DNA of 64,000 bases from the NCBI RefSeq assembly GCF_002113885.1, contig NW_018408148.1:243508-307507 (forward strand), written 5' to 3'. The stretch's first letter is position 1, and each line of letters begins with the position of its first letter. This document shows, one piece after another, positions 11,079 through 21,348 of this stretch. The notes beneath the pieces are model-generated. The model saw only the letters and a program-made list of their open reading frames with translations. It did no database searches and was not told where the DNA came from. The position numbers were made by a program, and so were the translations under genes. Source of the DNA: Mizuhopecten yessoensis (Eukaryota).

Positions 11079-11781
11079 GTGAGAAATGGGTTCTGTTACC
11101 GCGGCAACAAGGCCCATAACACAGAGTTGGATTGAAGTTTGATTGCTGAGGATAAAAAGTGTTGTTTTTTTGTTTGTTTTTTTTCCAGTAAAAACATGCT
11201 AGATAAGTTTTGCTAGAAAAAAGAAAGTAACCTCTTTCCATGGGTATTTGAAAAATTAAAAAATTAATGAATTGAGTAATGTTTTGTGTGATGAAGTTTT
11301 TCAATTAATGTTATTTGAAAGTGTTGATTTTTATGCCAGATAAAGTAAAATATAGTTCATAAGAAAGGTCTTAATTAATCTATGTTTTGATAATTGACCA
11401 ATATATTTGTATTAACACTGTTTGAAGTTTGTACTGATTGTGATTTTTTCAGCGTTTTTTTTGCTTTGTGACTGTTGACCTTAATCGGTCTAAATATGGC
11501 TATGCTAAAATGAAGGACACATACTTTATGTCAAATTGTAGATGATTATTGAGTAATTCAAAAGTAGACCTAATTATAACAGAAGTGATTTCTCCCGATG
11601 GGCGAACAATTTTCCGTACGATAGGATAATTCTAACAGATTTCTTATTCTTATTGTCTTATTAGTTATGTAACAAGCTGATATGTTTATGTTGATTTAGT
11701 TTTCCTGCTCTTACTTGCGGCAGTTTATGAATTCCCTGTAATATATAGCCAACGTAACTTTACTTTTGATTCCTCCAACAG

Positions 11782-11833
11782 AGACGTCTCAGCCGGCCTC
11801 ATTGCAGAGGAACAGGTCTCAGAGATCCAGAAG
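11782..11833 (+). CDS. Linker mini-exon (DVSAGLIAEEQVSEIQK)
   Basis: aacag / gtgggt; supplies the required phase 2 to 0 transition. Confidence 0.75.
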
Positions 11834-11976
11834 GTGGGTGATCAACCACATGAGATAATAACATGTCTGTTGGAGACACAGATAGAGCCAAACGTATCAT
11901 CAAGTTAATTTCTGATATGTTTTTTCTGAAGTTAGACATACAATGGATTCCTTTTGTGTAAATATCTGTAAAGACA

Positions 11977-12182
11977 GTTAAACCTGCTCAAGTTTACTTT
12001 AAGAGTAATCAAGAGACCACCTGTGTTAAGAGACCACTTTTAATGTTTCCCATTGTAGTAATTTTGTTGCAAACTGAACCTGTGTTAAGAGACCACCTGT
12101 ATTAAGAGACCACCTGTGTTATGAAACCACCTTTGAAAATAAATTGTAATTCTTCAGCGAGGTCTGTTAATGCAGGTTTGGT
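11977..12182. mobile_element. MITE-like element with internal taagagaccac repeats
   Basis: aaacctgc ... gcaggttt ends; 4-5 copies of aagagaccac. Confidence 0.5.
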
Positions 12183-12411
12183 TTTATACAAATTAAGTGT
12201 TACAAATGATGAAAACTATACCAAAGGTAATTTCTTTTTTTAATTTGAAACAGATGTACTTTCATATAAACATAAAATGCATGTCTTACAATTTCTTTGA
12301 TAAACTTAACCATCATGATAGCTATAGAATTCTTTTTTGAAAGGTAGTTTTCCGTATTACTACAGAAATTTTGAAATATCGTAGACATTCCAATGTTGTT
12401 GTGGTTTGCAG

Positions 12412-12706
12412 GTTGGTGACCTCGTTGCTCCGGCAGTTACTGTCGAGATTGACAAAGCGGTTGCAAAGGAAGGAGAGCCTGTCCAGTTCATCGCCAAGGC
12501 GTCTGGTTCACCGGCCCCGACCCTCCAATGGTACTATGGCACAGAGCCAATCACCACCGACGAGATCTACAAGGTCACAGAGAGTAAGGAAGGGGAGAGC
12601 ACTCTGGAGTTGGCCGAAGTCTTCCCAGAGGATGCTGGTCAATATACAGTCAAGGCTGTCAATGGGGCAGGAGAGGCCGTCGCTACAACAACACTCAACA
12701 TCGTTG
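12412..12706 (+). CDS. Ig I-set exon (VGDLVAPAVTVEIDK...LNIV), older paralog of 7662-7953
   Basis: tgcag / gtaggt; shares TTDEIY.VTE..EGESTLEL.EVF.ED.G.YTVKAVN. Confidence 0.9.
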
Positions 12707-13090
12707 GTAGGTTTTCATTTTTCGCCGTAACATTATTTACGTTTTTTCTTCATTTTACCAGAAGATCCACCATCCAAATTACACTGAAGGTGAAATTTAA
12801 CACGGGAAATCAGGTGTTACTATAACTACAATCAAACCTCAATGTGATGTTCGTCGTTTCATTAACCATTTACTATTCTGTCATTTAATTGCATTATCTC
12901 ATATTCCTTGCATTTGAATTTATTCAAACGTCTCCTTGGAGATAATGTTGATAGTCTCTATAATGCTGAAATTTCTCTATTCAAATCGAGGCAATATTAC
13001 GTTTTAACAGTTTTCCAACAATCTCTAACTGGTATTTTTTAATTGTTGTACAGGATTATAACTTTTCATTTAAATATTTTATCATTGTAG

Positions 13091-13152
13091 AATATGCAGA
13101 GGAACAACCAGAAATGGCAGCTGAAGTATCAGTGAAACTCGCTTCAGAAGAG
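13091..13152 (+). CDS. Acidic linker mini-exon (YAEEQPEMAAEVSVKLASEE)
   Basis: tgtag / gtaggc; phase 1 to 0. Confidence 0.75.
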
Positions 13153-15256
13153 GTAGGCTCAAACCCTTTCTACATCATATATCCATATCATTTTAAAAAT
13201 TTATTCTTAAATATTTATTACACTGGTAAAATGGTACACAATATGCTAAAAGCTACAGGTGTTTTTTTTTAATATAAAAATAAATTTATATTAAAAAAAA
13301 TACTTTAATGTTAAATATAACAATTATATGACAGTGATATAAAATTATATTGAAAAAAAAACAAAAAAAATCCAGATTGAATATATTCTAATAAATCTAT
13401 GTTGAAAGGCTTTGATAAAAATTAAAAAATAATAATGATAGATCAAATGGATTCCTGCGGATATTCCCTTAAATGTCTAACATTTAAAATAGTACCGGAT
13501 GTTTCAGTTTTTAAGTGCTTCATGTATCTCACACTAATAGTGCAATCATAATATAAAATATGTATTTTGTTGTTGTCCAAACCACAAAAATACGATTTCA
13601 GTGATTTTGATTTAAAATATAAAGTCAAAATAGAAGCAAAAAAATTTTATTTTTTATTTTTTTATTAAAAATTTTGTAGAATATCTGCTGGAATCCGTTT
13701 TCATATAAATTTGTTTTTGATTTAATATTTCTCTGAGCTATGGTGAAAACTTTTGGAGTGCAAGACAAACACAGCTTTTACTAATATTGTAGTGGTATGA
13801 ACGGATTTACTCTAATACTTAGACAGAGTCAAGACTATGTTAATTTTAACTAACAGCTTTTGAAAAATATTATCAAATCCATCTGAATAACATAAACAAA
13901 AAATTATGTTTGTTTAACTAAATAGTAGCACATAACTCTTTATTAAAATCAAGTTTATTCTGTTCTTGGAACATTTTTTTATTTCCTTATAATTATTTTT
14001 TAATCCCCAAATATTAATAACAAGATTGCTTTATAATATATGCATTGTTTGCCTTTTTTGAGATATGTTAAAATTGTTTAATTTAAAAAAGTTTGTTTTA
14101 AAATTTAATTTTCAATTTGATTATCATTTAAATGTTTTAATTTTTGTATCATTTATCATTTCATCTTATTGCGTATTGTTCTATGATTTTGAAATTTGAG
14201 CATGAATATTTGTTATTTATATTTATTTAAAGTATATGCATGTAAACATTTAAAACAATACTTTGACATTTTGTGAACAAAAGCCTGAACTGATTCAGCT
14301 ATCAAAAACTGTTATGGACTCGCAAATAGTCAGATTTTGTTGATAAAAATATCAAAAATCATTTCTAAAATTTAAATTTAAATTCCAGATGTGGCAAAAA
14401 AATCTTTAAAATTCTCATTAATTATTCATGACTCAAGCAATTAATGATATCAAGGATATATTCTGGATGGATTTGTACATCTATACAAAAACCAATTCTG
14501 GATACCTGTTATAATTTGGTATATATCACGCAAATATTTTTGCAGTTGAAAAAAAAGTTTCAAAGTTCATAATACAAAATATATTGTCTGAACCAGTTTG
14601 ACTAGAATAGAAAAGGTTTGAGTAATGTGAAATATAAAGTTTGGCATGTTCTGGTTGTCATGGTGACCGCATGGCTGGGGTTCTATATCATGTAAATGGT
14701 GACAGCATGGGTCTCGGATATAAGACATCGTCAGCTTTCAAGCAAATAGCTCTGAATATTTGTCTTTTAAATTATATCTGCCTTCTCGTCAATCAAAACT
14801 TTCTTTCAACAATAAATCAACCAATTACATTGGGCTAACTTTGCATCGGAATGGGGGTGATGTGGTATTTTATATTTCAAAATATATCTAATATTTATCT
14901 TGTACATTCTATGGATTCGAGAGTAACAGGTTATGTTTGTTACGTTGGGAAATGTGTACTTCGGATGTTATTTATATTTATGGAAAGTTTGGGATACAAT
15001 TGAATGCTCTTTGTATGATACATTATTATCTCTAAAAAGAATACTGCAGGGCGATGTCTGTATTCTGTTTTCTTCCAAAATTTATGTTTTCTCCTCAAAT
15101 AATATAAATTCAATGAATTCTATAAAGATGTAAATTAGCGAAAACAGACATCGGGAAATGCAGAGCCGTGAATGCATTGACAAGATGTATGGTATGGCGA
15201 TGAAAAATTATACGGGGGATGTTGACAAGGAATGCAATATTGTGAAACATTGAGTC

Positions 15257-15291
15257 ATGTATGGTATGGTATGGTATGGTATGGTATGGTG
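15257..15291. repeat. (TATGG)n microsatellite
   Basis: Directly visible, about 6 units. Confidence 0.85.
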
Positions 15292-15741
15292 ATGAAAAAT
15301 TATACGGGGGATGTTGACAAGGAATGCTGTATTGGAAATGCATCTTGAAATGTCTTGATAAAGTGACTTAGGCCGGAGCTAGATTTGAAAGCTGATGATG
15401 TCCTATATACAGAAAATATTGGTGACAAGAATATCCTAACAACCCTATTTTATACACTTAACCTTTGTTTTTAGAGAGCAAACATTCACTGCAATTCCCT
15501 ACAAAATGCTCACCAATTTGTAGAGGGGACTGTCTCATAATCAAAAAATGATTTCATTGAATCAAAAAATTCTTTTTGACATTATTGATGAAGATTGGAA
15601 ATGTTAACAAATTTAACTATGAAAAAAATATCTTTTCAAAAAAGTAATGTCAAACTTAATTTTTGATTTTGAGATTTTCCCCATTTTTTAATCAGAAAGC
15701 ATGCTGGTAAACGCTTGCCCTTTTGCTTCCTTTTCACACAG

Positions 15742-17346
15742 TCTTCGCATGCCTTCCCCGACACACAGTACGAAGTAGGTACAAAAGTTTTCACATGGCA
15801 CCTCCGTTCGGAGGGCATGCAGGACGCGGGTAACTTACCCACACCCACTCTATTGAAGGAGGAAGTCGAGGTTATCGGTGACGACGAGGAATTCTATGAA
15901 GCTGAAGAATCAGTACCGCAATTCAGCTTCGAGGCGAAGGTTGATACTGATGAAGAATCTGACGTTGTGTCAGATACTGAAGAGAAACCAGAATATACCT
16001 TCAACGCCGATTTCAGTATTGACAGTCAGATTATAAAAGACAAAGAATCTGAGGAGGAATTCACATTCATCCTCAAAGAGGATGTCCCTGAACGGTCTCC
16101 GGAGAAGGACGTTGATGAGACAGATGAGTTTACCTTTGTCACCAAAGATGACATCCCAAAATTGGATCTGCCTCACTCTTCATCAGATGAAGAAGAGGAG
16201 GTACGAAGACCCAGACCGGTACAGGATGATGACTTGTCTATATCCAGTTCAGAGGAATATATCTCAGACGAGGAGGTTGTTGTATCCTCTGCCAGCTCAG
16301 ATTCGGAGCCTGAAACAGACAAGGAACAACGTAAAGTATTGATGCCGGACGTAGTCCCTAAACATAAAGAGCCCATCAAAGTCTACCCCACTTCATCCTC
16401 CTCATCTACCTCTGAGGAAGAAGAAGAAGAAGATGAGGTGAAGGATCAGACTTTTGATGCAACTGTCTTTGTGGAGGAGAAGCTACAACCAGACAGTGTA
16501 CCAGTAGAAGAAGCAATGGTTCCGGTAGATGAGCCCTTTGTGTCCTCGTTCGAGATTGTGTCCAGGGATGAATACATGTCCAGACAGGCGATACTCGAGC
16601 CAGACGACGTGACATATGAGGCAAAATTAGAAGACAAGGAAGTTGAACAGCCTTTTACATCCACAGCAGAAGAAGCTGTCTTCACCCTCAAAACAGATGA
16701 GGAAGAGGAACCGTCTGCTCCGCATACAGAACATGACTTTGATGTCCGTCTTGAAACTGATGAAGAACCTCGAGAGGATGTTGTAGTCCAGATGTACATG
16801 GATAAGAAGTCCGACGATGAAGAACTTTTGGAGGAGTTTACTATCTCGGCTCCTAAAGACAAGAGGGAGGAGATCATGTTTGAGGAAAAGCAACCTGACG
16901 TGAGCGTGGAAGAACTGATGGAAGAACAAGATCAGGAATTAAAACCGACACCAGAGTTTTCCTTTGAGGCGGAGATTCAGGAAGAAAGACTAGATGATGA
17001 GGATATTGGTGAAGTGTCCTATGAGATTGAGGTATCAGAACCGAGAGAATCGGATGTCTCATTTGATGACCAGTCACTGAACGTCGTGATGACTGTCGAT
17101 AACGATATTTCACTGCCAAGTGACATCTCATCCGAAGGCATTGAAGAAGATGATGAGCTTTACGAGGACATTGAAGAGTTCCAGGGAACGACAGTGTCTG
17201 TTCTCGAGACTGTGCCAGAGGAATCATCGCTGGAGGAGAGTCGATCCGCAGACATCACACCCGAGGTGGATCAAGATGTCTCGTTCTCATTCTCCGTGGA
17301 CGACGGACCGAAGGATGAGGTTCAGGAATCATTCTCAATCTCAGAG
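15742..17346 (+). CDS. Large acidic (E/D/S/V/P-rich) disordered exon, 535 aa
   Basis: Pyrimidine tract plus cacag acceptor; GAG|gtaatg donor; phase 0-0; ORF 15715-17415. Confidence 0.85.
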
Positions 17347-19412
17347 GTAATGAATGGAGGACACGTTTATACAGGGGGAGAGCTGGTGAAGGGAGATAAT
17401 TTCTCCAGTTTATAGAGTTTCCCTTAAAGGGAGATCACTGTCCCAAAATAGATTAATGGTTCACAAAGGGGAGACCACTTCCACAACTTTTCAGAGTCCT
17501 TAAAAAATGGCACCGTACTTTTGCGCAAATTTCTAAAATTAAAGGGAGATAATTAGTTTAACCAGAACAGTGCTGCTTTCTAACTAATCAATTTATAAGT
17601 GGTACAGTTCTTACGCCCTAACCAACACTATAGTTAAATCTATAGAAAAAAGTCCTAAAATATTCATTAAATTATAAGATTTCGCATTACTATTCATAAC
17701 CATTTCATTCATCTGAGGTTTTGGTCCTCTAATCATTTCATATCTGTAACGTTCATCCTTAATAATAACACTTAAGACTATTTCATGTTTTCTTCTTCTC
17801 CTTAATATTGCCATTTGTGACGTGGTTTGAGAAGGATTTAAATACCATATGAAAAACAGCGCTTTGTATTGAAGTGTGAATTTAAAGCTAATTCATGCTG
17901 AGCATGCAGATGTGCTATATTTGTGGTTGTGACCATCAAGTTCATCAGCTACTTGGCAACTCATCAGTGTCCCAGTTCTTCATGTAAAATTCTGAATTCC
18001 CAAAATTATATGTAAACATGTTTAAATAAATTCCAAAGCTATATAAAATCTGTATACTTACAAAAGTAGATATGTATATAGACCAAGAGATTTTTATTAA
18101 TATATTCCTGAAGATATATTGGGGAAAAAACGTTGCAAGGATCACATTGGGGAAAAAACTGCTCTCTCAAAGCTGGATTTCATATCAAGTTTACTTAAAA
18201 GAATTTTATCAAAATATCTTGAATTTTAATCTTGATTTAAAATGAAAACATCAGTTCTGATATTGGTCAATAATGCTAATGCTATATTGTGGCTTAGATA
18301 CACATTTTAAAATTTCATTCGTAGAAATATATCCGCGAACACGCCACACCAGCTAGCTAGCACTATCTTCACCTGTTCCTAAATTGTACTGCTGAAATCC
18401 TATATTTATATATACACTCCACTTTATGCTCCCAATCTCTGTAAACAATCCAGTCTGTCCCTCCCTGCATATTTACACCATCCATTTATCTGCCCCTTTG
18501 TCATTGCCTGTAATACAGGCAGACATTGTCCAACACAGTTGCCTCCCCTTGTTTGAAGCTCTCCATATTGAAGTGTATTTGTTGTGTGATGTGGTATGGA
18601 GAATTGCGCTGCTCTATTGTGGGATTTTATGAGTAGGTGTTGTCTGTGAATTGTTTTACAGAGTATCAAGCCTTCGATATATTTCCGTGAACAAGAAGCC
18701 ATTTATTCAAAATCATATCTTTATTCACCTTTAAGGCTTTTTAAAAAAATTGTGAGTTTAGTCAGTGTAGAATTTCCAATATTGTATCTCAACGATTAGA
18801 ATCAAGATATAATGAAGATTATAGCTTCTTGAATGTTTCAATTTCTGAGAAGCTAACATTTTTTTTTTTATTAATTATTATTTTATGTTATAGATAATAA
18901 TCTGTTCCCTTTATTATTTAGCCATTAGACAGACATTTTACTTTTATTGTACTTCTGTTACAAGACAGCAATTTCTTTCCTAGAAATAGAGTTTGATCAG
19001 AGTAGATTTTTCTTTTATTTATTTATTGAAGAAAAAACCCACAAGAGTTATCTTTCCTTGAGTGGGTTTGTTACCTACCTAAATGGTTTATTGTGGTGCT
19101 ATGACCAGAGAAAGGTGTAGTTGCATACCTTTGGTGTTTTATGAATGGGTGTGAGCTCTTTTTATTTTTTTTTGCATCTTTTATATTGTGAAATTTTGGG
19201 AAAATCAAATGAAAATGTTCTTGAATTCTAATGAAACTTTTAATATGCCTGTATGGGATTATTCCTTATCCCTTTGAAATTCTTTCCTTCAAAACATTTC
19301 CAGAACATTTTCATGCTTTTTTGTTGTGGCAATAATTTTAGAATGAGATATTTTGTAATTGCATGGATACAACTTTGAATTGTTTTACTAAATGACCTTG
19401 AACTTTGATTAG

Positions 19413-19552
19413 GTCAAGACTGTAGAGTCTGTTGAGGTTGAGGTCACCATCCCAAGGTTCATGAGAGAGCTATCAGACCAGGAGGTTACCGAGGGTGACA
19501 CTGTCACCTTCATTGTGGAGGTCCTCGGCAGCCCATTCCCAGACATCTCATG
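19413..19552 (+). CDS. Ig N-half exon (VKTVESVEVEVTIPRFMRELSDQEVTEGD...PDISW)
   Basis: attag / gtaagg. Confidence 0.85.
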
Positions 19553-19857
19553 GTAAGGTTAAAGTTCACACTGCCAAGGTCAAATAGGTCAAACATATAT
19601 ATCACTTAAATATTGTACATGACAATGTTAGGGGGAAAATATCAAAATCTTAACATCTATGATGAAAATAAACGAGAAAAAAATGTTGATTTTGGTTAAA
19701 CTGTTGGAGTAAAATGTACATAATTGTATTTTTTGAAAATAAGGGAAACAATGAATTTGTGGTAAACTTTCCTCAGGATCTGTTAGATTAATTTATCACT
19801 TTGCGTGTGACTTCTGAACTTTATCAGGTATATAACCTTTGACCTTTAACCACCTAG

Positions 19858-20036
19858 GTTCAAGGATGGTGTTGAGATCACCCCCGACGACCACTTCCAA
19901 ATGGAAGTCCGTGGAAACTTTGCCTCACTTATTGTCAAGGATGTTGTTACCAACGATGATGCTGAATATGTTGTCAAGGCAACTAACCAGGCTGGAACTG
20001 CCTCCAGTATGGGAGAGCTCTTCGTCAATCCATCAG
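19858..20036 (+). CDS. Ig C-half exon (FKDGVEITPDDHFQMEVRG...FVNPS)
   Basis: cctag / gtactg. Confidence 0.85.
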
Positions 20037-20423
20037 GTACTGTCATTATCAGAGCAGGTATACTGATTGGTTTAAACATTAAGGGGTTAAGTACCTATTG
20101 TTTTTGCATAAATTTTCAATTTCTGAATCAATTAACTTTTTCCAAATCTTGAAGGAATTTTTGTTTTAATGAATCAATAAACTTTTCCAGCATTAAGAAA
20201 CTTGATTTATCCCAAGAATATTTTTTTTTAAATTCTTTAATTGTTGATGTTAAAACACCGACAGAAATGTCAAACTTAATTAATTTTTGTGTAATTGAAA
20301 AGCTTAATCTGTGGTCATTTATTTCTATAAGTATCAGTTTTTTTGCATATTCTTCTGGTTTAATGGATGGTTTAATGAATCAAAGAAAATCTATATAATA
20401 TTTGCGTTTCTGTTTATTCTCAG

Positions 20424-20571
20424 GAGAAGCCCCTACATTTGTGGTCCGACTTGAAGATCAGACTATCGAACTTGGCACACCAATCAAATTGGAGTGCCAG
20501 GTCAAAGGTCATCCTAAACCTAAGGTCACATGGCTGAAGGATGGAGAGGAAGTCAAAGATGAACGATACAC
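20424..20571 (+). CDS. Ig N-half exon (EAPTFVVRLEDQ...KDERYT)
   Basis: ctcag / gtacgt. Confidence 0.85.
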
Positions 20572-20932
20572 GTACGTGTTCCCTAAAATAGATTTATGTT
20601 GAAGAATTTAAGCTTGTTTTCGTGTTTGTGAAATATTTGAATAGTTTAGCCGTTTCACTTAAAGCGTTGTATAAATCGCATGTCATAAGATAAATTTTGT
20701 GTGTTTACAGAATAATTTTTTTCAGAATATTTTATTGTACTGATCTTATGTACAAAAGGAATTGGGCAACAGGCATAGCCTATATAAGCCCTCTCCTTAC
20801 AAACATAACAGTATATACATATCATATAAATGTTACTTTTACAGGTATTTCTTTAAGTATTAAAATAAGAGATTATTTGTACTTTGAATTTGATTTGACA
20901 ATACATATTTCAAATATCACAATTGTTTACAG

Positions 20933-21348
20933 AATTGAGTTTATCGAGGAGACAGCGACACTTCAGATTGCAGAAAGCGTGCCATCAGATGAGGGAGACT
21001 ACTCCGTAAAGGCAGTTAACGACCGTGGTGCTGCCACCTGCAACGCCGAAGTCCTTGTGAACCTGGAGGCTCCAAAATTCACCAAACCCCTATCAAACGT
21101 TTCAGTTGACATTGATGACATTGCCACTCTCGAGTGTACAGTTATCGGTAAACCGACTCCGAAGGTCACCTGGTTAGCCAATCAAACAATAATCGAAGAA
21201 AGTGTCAAATATCACGCCAGTTTCCATGACAGCGTTGCGACCTTGGAGGTGACCTCTGTCACTGAGGAAGATGGTGACATTGTTTTCACGTGCAAGGCAG
21301 AGAATGTGGCCGGAGATACCAGCTGCAGTGCCCAACTGACCGTGCAAG
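20933..21348 (+). CDS. Exon with 1.5 Ig domains (IEFIEETATLQI...AQLTVQ)
   Basis: tacag / gtatat; read-through gives GIFV then TGA TGA. Confidence 0.85.

Larger units (their letters stand above)
7095..11310. repeat. Near-identical tandem duplication (copy 1 7095-9226, copy 2 9227-11310) carrying four exons
   Basis: tcgtacctattttatc starts both copies; copy 1 has an extra 48-bp internal repeat; few substitutions. Confidence 0.95.

Noticed and set aside
15970-17350. Multiple overlapping minus-strand and shifted-frame ORFs
   Set aside because: Shadows of the acidic exon; the same applies to antisense ORFs over Ig exons throughout
20697-20932. N-terminal part of the 221-aa ORF
   Set aside because: Intronic sequence upstream of the acceptor at 20932
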